Source: Candidatus Portnoybacteria bacterium (GTDB lineage Bacteria; Patescibacteriota; Minisyncoccia; Portnoybacterales; GWB1-42-6). From it: a DNA stretch of 53,626 nucleotides. Shown piece by piece: positions 24,324-32,792 of this stretch (positions within the stretch are counted from its first letter, which is position 1; each line of letters opens with the position of its first letter). The DNA lies in NCBI GenBank assembly GCA_028688325.1, contig JAQTYI010000001.1:246994-300619 (forward strand), written 5' to 3'. The translations under genes and the position numbers were made by a program. The notes beneath the pieces are model-generated. The model did no database searches. It had not been told where the DNA came from and worked only from the letters and a program-made list of their open reading frames with translations.

Positions 24324-24833
24324 ATGAGCGTCATCAAACACAGAGATCAACGAGTAGGGGTTTTTATCGATGTTGCCAATTTATACCACTCGGCTAAAAA
24401 TCTCTACCGCGCCAAAGTCAATTTCAAAGAAGTCCTGAAAACCGCCATCGCCGGCCGCCATCTTATCCGGGCCATGGCTTATTCGGTTCGCACGGAAGGC
24501 GGAGAAGAGCAGGCGTTTGTTGAGGCGCTAACAAAATCCGGCATTGAAGTGCGGCTGAAGGACTTGCAGATTTTTCCCGGCGGAATGAAGAAGGGCGACT
24601 GGGATGTGGGCTTGGCCATAGACGCAATAAAGCTCGGCGCCAAGTTGGATGCGATAGTGCTGGTGACGGGGGACGGCGACTTTGCGCCGCTCGTTGAATT
24701 CTTAAAAGTGAATTTCGGCAGCCAGGTGGAAGTCATCGGTTTTGGCCGCAGCACTTCCGGGCTCCTAAAAGAAGTGGCTGACGATTTTACTGATTTGGGA
24801 GACAACATTAAAAAGTACCTGATAAATCAATAA
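24324..24833 (+). CDS. NYN-domain (LabA/DUF88-like, PIN-fold) protein
   Basis: VGVFIDVANLYHS ... VLVTGDGDFAPLVEFLK acidic motifs typical of NYN ribonuclease-like domains. Confidence 0.8.
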   Translation: MSVIKHRDQRVGVFIDVANLYHSAKNLYRAKVNFKEVLKTAIAGRHLIRAMAYSVRTEGGEEQAFVEALTKSGIEVRLKDLQIFPGGMKKGDWDVGLAIDAIKLGAKLDAIVLVTGDGDFAPLVEFLKVNFGSQVEVIGFGRSTSGLLKEVADDFTDLGDNIKKYLINQ

Positions 24834-25000
24834 CGAGGAGAAGAAAGTTTTTGGCGGGCGACGAGCGGGAAGGGAAGAAGAAAAAAATACGCAATTATTC
24901 AATTTTCAATTGCTTAATCAGCCGGTTGTTGATTGCGAATTGTTTTCTTTTACTCTTTCGCCGAATCTTCCGCCAAGGCGAATTTTTCTCTCAAAGAAAA

Positions 25001-27124
25001 ATGAACAAGAAGGTTTTTTCCCGCGAATTTGCGGGACGCACGCTCAGCGTGGAAGTGGGGGAGCTGGCCCAGCAAGCCAATGGCTCTGTTTTACTGCATT
25101 ATGGCGATTCAACGGTGCTGGCCACGGCCGTTATAAATCCCAAGGCGAAAGAAAAATGCGATTACTTGCCTCTCTCCGTCGAATATGAAGAAAAACTTTA
25201 CGCGGCCGGAAAAATCAAAGGCAGCCGCTTTATCAAGCGCGAAGGCAAAGCGCAGGACAGCGCTGTTTTAAAAGGCCGCTTCATCGACCGGACGCTGCGG
25301 CCCCGCTTTAACAATGCCATCCGGAACGAAATCCAGGTGGTGGTTACCGTGCTTTCCTACGACCGAACCAACGATACGGATGTTTTGGGTATCGTAGCCG
25401 CCTCCCTCGCTTTATCAATCTCGGATATTCCCTGGGACGGCCCGGTATCGGGAGTAAGGGTCGGACGGAAAGACGGCCAAATGTTAATCAACCCGACCTT
25501 TGATGAGCGCGCCGGCAGCGACCTGGAAGTGGTAGTGGCCGGCACCGCCAAAAAAATAAATATGATGGAGGCCGGAGCCAAAGAGATGCCGGAAGAGATT
25601 ATGCTGGAAGCGATCAGCGCAGGGCAAAAGGCCTACGAAGAGCTGATTGCGTTTCAAAACGAGATTATCGCGCAGCTCAAGCCGGAAAAAAGGGTTTTGG
25701 AGATCAAAAACACTCCGGCTGATTTTGAAACCAAGGTGATAAAATTTTTGGAAAACAAACTTGAAGAAGCGATTTATGTCAAAGAAAAACACACTCGCAT
25801 GAACCGCTTGGGACAACTGCACAACGATCTGGTTCAATTCGTTAAAGAAAGCGAAACTGAAAACATTGACGAGAAGGTTTTGGCGGCCGGTTCTTTGTTG
25901 GAAAAAAAGATAGATGAAACCGTGCACGCCAATATCCTGAAAAACGACAAGCGGCCGGACGGGCGTAAAAACAACGAAGTCCGGGAATTGTCTTGCCGCG
26001 CCGGAGTGCTGGCGCGCACCCACGGCTCCGCCATTTTCAACCGCGGCAACACTCAAGCTCTCTCAACCGTGACTCTGGGCTCGCCGGGAGACAAACAAAC
26101 CATTGACGGGCTGGATGAAGAATATGAAAAAAGATTCATCCATCATTATAATTTCCCGCCGTTTTCCGTAGGCGAGACAGGCGGTTTTCGCGGCCCCGGC
26201 CGGAGAGAAATAGGGCACGGCGCGCTGGCTGAACGAGTGCTGACCCAAATTATTCCGGCTGAAGCCGACTTTCCTTATACTATTCGCGTTGTCTCGGAAA
26301 TTTTATCATCCAACGGCTCCTCCTCCATGGCCTCGGTTTGCGGCTCTTCCATGGCGCTGATGGACGCGGGCGTACCGATAAAAGCGCCGGCGGCCGGCAT
26401 TGCCATGGGCTTAATGATGGACGATAAAGGAAATTATAAAGTTTTGACGGATATCCAAGGCCCCGAAGACCATCACGGCGATATGGATTGCAAAGTGGCC
26501 GGCACAGCCAACGGAGTTTGCGGCCTGCAGATGGATGTAAAGATTGAAGGCGTTGACCTGAATATCTTGCGCGACACGCTGGCTCAAGCCAAAGAAGCGC
26601 GCCTGCATATTCTAAAAAGCATGAACGAGGCCATTTCCGCCCACCGCGCCAACTTGTCTCCATTCGCTCCGAGAATTGTCACCATCCAAATAAATCCCGA
26701 TAAGATTCGCGATGTCATCGGCCCTGGCGGCAAAGTAATCAATGAAATAACCGCCCAAACCGGCGTCAAAATCGACATTGAGGACTCAGGCCTTATTTTT
26801 GTCACCTCGGCGGACGAGCCCTCTTCGCAAAAAGCCGTCGAGTGGATAAAAAATCTCACCCATGAAGTAACGGCTGGCGAAGAGTACCAGGGCAGGGTCA
26901 CGCGCATTATAAATTTCGGCGCATTCGTGGAAATTTTGCCGGGACAGGAAGGACTTGTCCACATTTCCGAACTTGCCCCCTTCCGCGTGGAGCGAGTTGA
27001 TGATATAGTAAAAGTGGGAGACAAAGTTACGGTAAAAGTGAAGGCCATCGACGACATGGGGCGCATCAACCTCACTATGCGCAACTCCCAAAAGAACAAC
27101 TTTCCCGAATCCTCAAGCAAATAA
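25001..27124 (+). CDS. pnp: Polyribonucleotide nucleotidyltransferase (PNPase)
   Basis: Two RNase PH-like domains, then KH (GPGGKVINEI) and S1 (GRVTRIINFGAFVEILPGQEGLVHISE). Start at ATG 25001. Confidence 0.97.
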   Translation: MNKKVFSREFAGRTLSVEVGELAQQANGSVLLHYGDSTVLATAVINPKAKEKCDYLPLSVEYEEKLYAAGKIKGSRFIKREGKAQDSAVLKGRFIDRTLRPRFNNAIRNEIQVVVTVLSYDRTNDTDVLGIVAASLALSISDIPWDGPVSGVRVGRKDGQMLINPTFDERAGSDLEVVVAGTAKKINMMEAGAKEMPEEIMLEAISAGQKAYEELIAFQNEIIAQLKPEKRVLEIKNTPADFETKVIKFLENKLEEAIYVKEKHTRMNRLGQLHNDLVQFVKESETENIDEKVLAAGSLLEKKIDETVHANILKNDKRPDGRKNNEVRELSCRAGVLARTHGSAIFNRGNTQALSTVTLGSPGDKQTIDGLDEEYEKRFIHHYNFPPFSVGETGGFRGPGRREIGHGALAERVLTQIIPAEADFPYTIRVVSEILSSNGSSSMASVCGSSMALMDAGVPIKAPAAGIAMGLMMDDKGNYKVLTDIQGPEDHHGDMDCKVAGTANGVCGLQMDVKIEGVDLNILRDTLAQAKEARLHILKSMNEAISAHRANLSPFAPRIVTIQINPDKIRDVIGPGGKVINEITAQTGVKIDIEDSGLIFVTSADEPSSQKAVEWIKNLTHEVTAGEEYQGRVTRIINFGAFVEILPGQEGLVHISELAPFRVERVDDIVKVGDKVTVKVKAIDDMGRINLTMRNSQKNNFPESSSK

Positions 27125-27147
27125 ATTCGTTTTATCCTGGAGGGACC

Positions 27148-28536
27148 ATGGATATAAAACCGACTCGACCAACTCTCGCTCAAGAAGCCGGCGCCGCCCT
27201 TGACCAAAAAGGCAGCCCGTCTTCCGGTGCGCAACCTTTTATGTCGCAATTTGTCATCAGGACAATGGCCGGCGACTTAAAAAATCATCCCCAATCCGTT
27301 TCCGGATCGGCATCGGGTTCTTCGATTTCGGAGATCCCGCCCGCGCCAAAACCGCCCGCGCCGGCAATTACCACACAGCCGCAACCGGCATTAAAACCTC
27401 TTGCAGCGACTCCGGCCGCGCAACAGCCCGCATTGAAAATGCCGGCCCAAACAATAGCCGAGGAGCCCGGCGCACCCGCCGGCCTTCCTGTAATACCCTT
27501 AACGAAAGAACCGGAATTATTTTTTGAGACCAGACCCGAACCCCCAAAAATACCGATCCCGGCTCCGCCCGCGCCGGTTGAAAAACCGCTTGCGTCGGCT
27601 CAGTTAATTCCATCGACTCCGGTCGCGCCATCAGCACCGGCTAAAATTTCAACTGCGCCCCCCAAAATACCGGCCGGATTAACATTTGAAGCACCCGAAG
27701 AAAAAGAGCTGGATGTCAAAAAAATCTTAACGATCGGACTGTCGTCAGTCGCTGTTTTGGCGCTGATCATCGGCGGAATTTGGTTTTTATTGAAAAGCCC
27801 CGCCCAACAACCGGCCCAAATATCGCAAACGCCAACCCCAAGCCCAAGCCAGACAATCGCTCCACCTGCCGCCGAAACGCCATCGGCCATATTTGAAACC
27901 GACGCGCAAAAAATATTTTTATTAAAAGACAACCAAGAAAAAGCCGACTTGCAAGATGCCTTGCTTCAGATGACCGAGACGGAAGAGCCGGTCGGCGACT
28001 TTATCCACCTTGCGTTCAAAAATAGCCGGGGCGAATTTTTATCTTTGGATAAAGTAGCGCTGCTGATTGGATCCGATTTTTTTGACCTGCCGACTCAAAC
28101 GAGCGCCGGCAACCTGAAAAAACAGCTAAATTTAGCCCAATCATCCTTTTTCGCATACTCGCAAAGCTCAAACAAAAACAGCGATTCTCCTTTTAATCCT
28201 TCACTTGCCAATCTCGGTCGGCTGGGGCTGACTGTAGCCGCAAGCGCCGCTTCCGCGGATGAACTTGGCAGGTCATTGAAAGACCTGGAGCAGATGATGC
28301 TCAACGGCCTCGGCATCTTGCTGCCAAGCGCCAAAAATAATTTTCCTGCCAATCCGGTTTTTTCTGACAACATCCACAGCGGCGTAGCCATCCGTTATAT
28401 CAACCTGCCCAATTCCGACCTGTCTTTGGACTACGCCATTTTAAACAATAAACTTATTTTCGCCACCTCGAAAGAAAGCATGTTCGCCATCATCGACCGG
28501 ATATTATCGGCAAACGAACAATCAAATCAACCCTAA
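27148..28536 (+). CDS. Membrane-anchored protein with a Pro/Ala-rich cytoplasmic N-terminus and an extracytoplasmic domain (possibly DUF3352-like)
   Basis: GGAGGG SD before the ATG. PAPKPPAP-type low-complexity region, one TM helix (ILTIGLSSVAVLALIIGGIWFLL), and a C-terminal ...NNKLIFATSKESMFAIIDRIL resembling the C-terminus of the 29495-30178 product. Confidence 0.55.
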   Translation: MDIKPTRPTLAQEAGAALDQKGSPSSGAQPFMSQFVIRTMAGDLKNHPQSVSGSASGSSISEIPPAPKPPAPAITTQPQPALKPLAATPAAQQPALKMPAQTIAEEPGAPAGLPVIPLTKEPELFFETRPEPPKIPIPAPPAPVEKPLASAQLIPSTPVAPSAPAKISTAPPKIPAGLTFEAPEEKELDVKKILTIGLSSVAVLALIIGGIWFLLKSPAQQPAQISQTPTPSPSQTIAPPAAETPSAIFETDAQKIFLLKDNQEKADLQDALLQMTETEEPVGDFIHLAFKNSRGEFLSLDKVALLIGSDFFDLPTQTSAGNLKKQLNLAQSSFFAYSQSSNKNSDSPFNPSLANLGRLGLTVAASAASADELGRSLKDLEQMMLNGLGILLPSAKNNFPANPVFSDNIHSGVAIRYINLPNSDLSLDYAILNNKLIFATSKESMFAIIDRILSANEQSNQP

Positions 28537-28545
28537 TTTTAACCG

Positions 28546-29484
28546 ATGGACAGCCGAGCCAAAGCCATTCTGGCGCCATTGATCTACTACGACCTGCTTG
28601 ACCGGCCTCTCACGGCCCTTGAAGCGTTTAAGTATCTCCGGGCCGAAACGCCGGAGATATCTTTTTTTAATTTTCGGCGGGAGCTGAAAAACTCAAAAGA
28701 ACTGCCGAGTTTCATCGGACAAAAAAACGGTCTTTGTTTTTTGACCGGCCGGCAAGAGATCGTAAATATTCGCGAAAAGCGGCTAAAGCTGGCTCAGCTT
28801 AAATGGAAAAAACTGAAAGCTGCCGGCAAATATTTGTCCTTGGTGCCATTTCTGCGCTTGGCCGCGATCACCGGTTCCCTCACCAGCTACAACACAAAAG
28901 AACAAAGCGATTTCGATTTGTTGATTATCTTTAAAAACAAGCGGCTGTGGCTCGGCCGAATTCTGCTGACGGGCCTTATCGGACTGCTGGGTAAGCGCCG
29001 CCACGGAAATCTGACTCAAGACCGGATCTGCCTGAACTGCTATCTGACGGAAGAAGATCTGGAAATTACCGAACAAGCCAAAAAACATAATTTCCATTCC
29101 GCCCAAGAATACGGACGGCTCACCCCGATCCTGGAAATTAAAAAAGGGGCTCACGAAGATTTCACCCGGGCCAATGGTTGGCTGGCTGATTTTTTAAAAA
29201 ATTATCCCTGGCCGGCTGAACGCAGCGCAAAAAAAATAAAACCGCCGATGCTTTTTTCCTGGCTGCGCCAGGCGCTGGAATGGCTTCTTGGCGGCACAAT
29301 GGGGGACCGGCTGGAAAAAATTGCCGGCCAATGGCAGAATGAACGCATCAATAAAAAAAGGCGAGGCGAGCGGTCAGACCGAGATCAAGTGTTTGTCAGC
29401 AACAGCTGCTTAATGTTCCACCCGCAATCAAAAAGTGATAAGCTAATGAAAGAATTCGATAAAAAAATGCGGCTATTCAATTAA
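28546..29484 (+). CDS. Hypothetical protein with a Pol-beta-type nucleotidyltransferase-like motif
   Basis: GSLTSYNTKEQSDFDLLII fits the G[SG]-x(9-13)-D-x-[DE] pattern. Otherwise unrecognised. Confidence 0.45.
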   Translation: MDSRAKAILAPLIYYDLLDRPLTALEAFKYLRAETPEISFFNFRRELKNSKELPSFIGQKNGLCFLTGRQEIVNIREKRLKLAQLKWKKLKAAGKYLSLVPFLRLAAITGSLTSYNTKEQSDFDLLIIFKNKRLWLGRILLTGLIGLLGKRRHGNLTQDRICLNCYLTEEDLEITEQAKKHNFHSAQEYGRLTPILEIKKGAHEDFTRANGWLADFLKNYPWPAERSAKKIKPPMLFSWLRQALEWLLGGTMGDRLEKIAGQWQNERINKKRRGERSDRDQVFVSNSCLMFHPQSKSDKLMKEFDKKMRLFN

Positions 29485-29494
29485 AAAACTGCTT

Positions 29495-30178
29495 ATGCAA
29501 CCGACTCAAATAAAAATAAACAAAGCGCCGAACGACCGGAACGGAGAAACAAAAAACATTTTAAATTTAAACGATTCTCCCGCCAAGCCGCGGCCCAGCC
29601 AAGAGACAAAAAAATATCTGTGGATTTTTATCGCCTTGATCATTCTTGAAGGCGCCGCGATAATCTGGTTGTCTCTGGCTAATCCCGTCTCGCCGTATTT
29701 TAAACTCCTGCCGCAAAATTTAGTCGCTTCTTCTTATTTTAACCAATCGTCTCTTCTGGCGCTTTTAAAAAACGGGGGGGGCGGCTGGCCCCTGCTCGAC
29801 CAAGGAAATGGCGCCTTGCGCTCTTTGTTGAACAAGATAAACATAGAACAACCGGAACGGTTATCGGAGCTGTTTGAGGACCGGATGGCGCTGGCCGTCC
29901 TGCCGCAAGATACCGATAAAAATCCGACTTGGCTGATCTTGGCCGCCATCAAGGCCTCGCCCGACATCTTTTCACAAACGCAAAATGCGGCCGAGCAGGC
30001 CTTGAAACAGAATTATGACCTGACCGTCGAACCGTACCGGCAAATAAAAATCGTCCGGGTCAAGCCCTTGAACCAGAACCAAAACAGTATATTTTACGCG
30101 CAAACAAAAAACTATTTTATTTTAAGCGACAATAACGAAACCTTAAAAGAAGCGCTGGATAAAATCATCGGTCGATAG
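29495..30178 (+). CDS. Membrane-anchored hypothetical protein (possibly DUF3352-like), architectural paralog of 27148-28536
   Basis: One TM helix (YLWIFIALIILEGAAIIWLSL) and a C-terminal NYFILSDNNETLKEALDKII. Confidence 0.5.
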   Translation: MQPTQIKINKAPNDRNGETKNILNLNDSPAKPRPSQETKKYLWIFIALIILEGAAIIWLSLANPVSPYFKLLPQNLVASSYFNQSSLLALLKNGGGGWPLLDQGNGALRSLLNKINIEQPERLSELFEDRMALAVLPQDTDKNPTWLILAAIKASPDIFSQTQNAAEQALKQNYDLTVEPYRQIKIVRVKPLNQNQNSIFYAQTKNYFILSDNNETLKEALDKIIGR

Positions 30179-30217
30179 GGGAGCCGCCGAATGTGGAGAA
30201 TGTGTGCATAACAGTTC

Positions 30218-30246
30218 TTGACCGATTTTTACGGAATAGTTAAAAT
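30218..30246 (+). promoter_or_regulatory. Sigma70-like promoter (TTGACC-N17-TAAAAT) in a gene-free region
   Basis: cTTGACCgatttttacggaatagtTAAAATaac. Confidence 0.45.
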
Positions 30247-30252
30247 AACAAT

Positions 30253-30538
30253 GTTCCTTGAAGCTGGCTACCGCAGTTATAATAATTGATTTGTTCTTTT
30301 AACGCCCAACGGGGCATAGCTGGCCGAGGAATATTCGTTTTCCTTTTTGTAGCTTATATAGTCCGGCGGGCCGCATATAAAAAAGGCCTAATGGCTTTCT
30401 GTTTTTAGATAAGGTACAAAGGGGCTGAGGGGCGTTAGCCCCATTAAATCATATTTTTCGGGCCTTAACGCCCCTCAAACAGTTTATCCCTCAGCGCACA
30501 GTATGAAGAAAAAACCACCCGGAATGGGGTGTTTTTTG
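30253..30538 (+). ncRNA. Candidate ~286-nt structured ncRNA of unknown class, or a long structured 3' UTR
   Basis: Bounded by the promoter above and by the terminator CACCC-ggaat-GGGTG+T6 (30513-30538). It has no credible ORF. It contains an 11-bp perfect helix GAGGGGCGTTA/TAACGCCCCTC extended by CTGTTT/AAACAG, and a mutually exclusive GGGGCT/AGCCCC hairpin. Confidence 0.3.
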
Positions 30539-30581
30539 TTTGCGCCCTTGCCTTATCCGCCTTTTTTACCATATACTATAT

Positions 30582-30714
30582 ATGCCGGGTAGTGAAAATT
30601 TGACAGGTTATATTTTGCAAAAATAACTTGCCAAGCTCTCACAACTTAGGCAGAATATAAGCATATTAATCCACTTATTATATTAATTATTCGGTCAAAT
30701 TTCTACTACCCGGT
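30582..30714 (+). promoter_or_regulatory. Start-codon-abutting inverted-repeat leader cassette, copy 2 (dksA-like gene)
   Basis: ATGCCGGGTAGTGAAAATTTGAC ... GTCAAATTTCTACTACCCGGT|ATG. Arms at 30585-30604 and 30694-30713. A TTGCCT-N18-TATACT promoter ends 4 nt upstream (30572-30577). Confidence 0.6.
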
Positions 30715-31080
30715 ATGGATAAGAAAACTATGGATAGATTCAAAAAGATATTGGAAGAGCGCAAAGCCAAGCTGGAAAACGAGTTGGCTTCTTTCGCCAA
30801 GAAAGACGAGAAGGTGAAGGGGGACTACGACACCCAATTCCCTGATTTTGGCACGGCTCAAAGCTCGGACGAAGAGGCATTTGAAGTGGCGGCTTATGAC
30901 AGCGCCCTGCCGGTTGAATACGCGCTGGAACTGCGCCTGGCAGACATCAACAAGGCCCTGGAAAAGATAAAAAATGGCACCTACGGCCAATGCGAAAACT
31001 GCGCCGGCGAGATGGACCCGCGACGACTGGAGGCCATGCCGGAAGCCCGCCTCTGCCTTAAATGCCGCAAAGGTAAATAA
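30715..31080 (+). CDS. DksA/TraR family C4-type zinc-finger protein
   Basis: Coiled-coil N-terminus plus CENCAGEMDPRRLEAMPEARLCLKC (CxxC-x17-CxxC). Confidence 0.9.
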   Translation: MDKKTMDRFKKILEERKAKLENELASFAKKDEKVKGDYDTQFPDFGTAQSSDEEAFEVAAYDSALPVEYALELRLADINKALEKIKNGTYGQCENCAGEMDPRRLEAMPEARLCLKCRKGK

Positions 31081-31107
31081 TTATGATTCGCCTTATTTTT
31101 ATTCTTT

Positions 31108-31136
31108 GACCATCTCCCCGGGTGGTCTTTTTGTTT
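31108..31136 (+). terminator. Rho-independent terminator after the dksA-like gene
   Basis: GACCA-tctccccggg-TGGTC followed by TTTTTGTTTT. Confidence 0.55.
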
Positions 31137-31175
31137 TAAAGCGCTTAAACATTAATAAACATTGATACTTTTCCT

Positions 31176-32717
31176 ATGCCGAGTCCCGCAAAAGTTTTCT
31201 CAGCCGCCATGCTGGGGCTCCATTGTCTGCCCATAGAGGTTGAGGTAGATATGTCGCCCGGCCTTTATAATTTCCAGATAGTCGGGTTGCCGGATGCCGC
31301 AGTTAACGAATCCAAGGAACGGGTCTCTTCGGCCATAAAAAACTCCGGCGCTTCGCCGCCCCACCATACCAACCGCCGCGTCATAGTCAATTTGGCCCCG
31401 GCCGACATAAAGAAAGAAGGGCCGGCCTATGATCTGCCTATAGCGGTGGCTTTTCTGCTGGCCTCTGACCAGCTTTTAGCCAGCGGGGTGGCCGATAAGA
31501 TATTCGTGGGCGAGCTATCACTTGAAGGCAAGCTCAGGCCCGTCAGCGGGGCTTTGCCAATCGCCATAATGGCGCGGGACAAAGGATTTAAAGAGGTATT
31601 TGTGCCCAAAGCCAACGCAGCCGAGGCAGCTCTGATAAAAGAGATAACTGTTTTCGGCATAGATTCCCTTGAACAGCTGTTTCTGCACCTGGAACAAAAA
31701 GAAACTCTTGAGCCGCAGACGCCGACCGAACTGGATTTTATTTCCGACGCATTTGAGTCAAGCGCGGATTTTGCCTATATCCGCGGCCAGGAACACGCCA
31801 AGCGCGCGCTGGAAATAGCTGCGGCCGGACACCACAATATCTTGATGAGCGGACCTCCCGGAACCGGCAAAACTTTGCTGGCCAGAGCATTGCCCGCAAT
31901 ACTACCCAATTTATCTTTTGAAGAAGCGCTGGAAACCACCAAAATATTCAGTATCGCCGGCCGCCTAAGCCCTGAAAAACCCATTCTCACCCGGCGCCCA
32001 TTCCGCAGCCCCCACCACACCTCTTCGGCAGTCGCTTTGGTCGGCGGCGGCAATCATCCAAAACCCGGAGAAATAACTCTGGCGCACCGAGGAGTGCTGT
32101 TTCTGGATGAATTACCGGAATTTCACCGCGATGTTTTGGAAGCGTTGCGCCAACCCTTGGAAGACGGCGTCATAACTGTTTCCCGCGCTTTGGGCGCCCT
32201 GGAATTTCCCGCGCAATTTATGCTCGTAGCAGCCATGAATCCCTGCCCTTGCGGGCACGCCACCAATCCCGACAAGCAGTGCGTCTGCTCGCCCGCGCAA
32301 GTCAGTAAATACAAGCGCCGGATTTCCGGGCCGCTGATAGACAGGATTGATCTGCATATAGATGTGCCGGCCATAAAATACGACAAGTTGGCCGCGGAAA
32401 AAATGGGGGAGGATTCGCAAGCCGTGCGCGAACGAGTGCAAGCGGCCAGAGCGCGCCAGCAAGAGCGGTTTAAAAACGACAAAATAAAGACCAATTCCGA
32501 GATGAACTTGCAACTGATGAAAAAACACTGCCAACTGGACTCGGCGGGCCAGGAAATATTAAAAACCGCGGCGCAGAATCTTCATCTTTCCGCCCGCTCA
32601 TACCATCGCATTTTAAAGCTGTCCCGCACCATCGCAGATCTTGTTGGCGCACCGAATATCCAATCCCGGCACCTGGCTGAAGCATTGCAATACCGGCCGA
32701 AAGAAGATGCATTCTAA
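31176..32717 (+). CDS. YifB/ComM family Mg-chelatase-like AAA+ ATPase
   Basis: N-terminal Lon-protease-like (ChlI) domain, Walker A GPPGTGKT, Walker B LFLDELPEF, a CPCG zinc-ribbon-like insert and a C-terminal Mg_chelatase_C helix bundle. Confidence 0.95.
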   Translation: MPSPAKVFSAAMLGLHCLPIEVEVDMSPGLYNFQIVGLPDAAVNESKERVSSAIKNSGASPPHHTNRRVIVNLAPADIKKEGPAYDLPIAVAFLLASDQLLASGVADKIFVGELSLEGKLRPVSGALPIAIMARDKGFKEVFVPKANAAEAALIKEITVFGIDSLEQLFLHLEQKETLEPQTPTELDFISDAFESSADFAYIRGQEHAKRALEIAAAGHHNILMSGPPGTGKTLLARALPAILPNLSFEEALETTKIFSIAGRLSPEKPILTRRPFRSPHHTSSAVALVGGGNHPKPGEITLAHRGVLFLDELPEFHRDVLEALRQPLEDGVITVSRALGALEFPAQFMLVAAMNPCPCGHATNPDKQCVCSPAQVSKYKRRISGPLIDRIDLHIDVPAIKYDKLAAEKMGEDSQAVRERVQAARARQQERFKNDKIKTNSEMNLQLMKKHCQLDSAGQEILKTAAQNLHLSARSYHRILKLSRTIADLVGAPNIQSRHLAEALQYRPKEDAF

Positions 32718-32733
32718 ACAAATACATTTAATC

Positions 32734-32775
32734 AAAAAGCTCTTGTTCCGCGACATGGAACAAGGGCTTTTTTTC
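32734..32775. terminator. Bidirectional rho-independent terminator between convergent genes
   Basis: AAAAAGCTCTTGTTCC-gcgacat-GGAACAAGGGCTTTTTTT. Confidence 0.75.
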
Positions 32776-32792
32776 TTGTTTTGTTTTAATCG

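Noticed and set aside
30253-30538. Assigning the candidate ncRNA to RNase P RNA, tmRNA, SRP RNA or 6S RNA.
   Set aside because: It has no GAGGAAAGTCC / ACAGAA..CCGGCTTA P4 elements, no tRNA-like 3' end with TTCGA T-loop and ACCA, and no GGAAGCAGCC-type SRP motif. It is also too long for a typical 6S RNA. It is therefore kept only as an unknown candidate.
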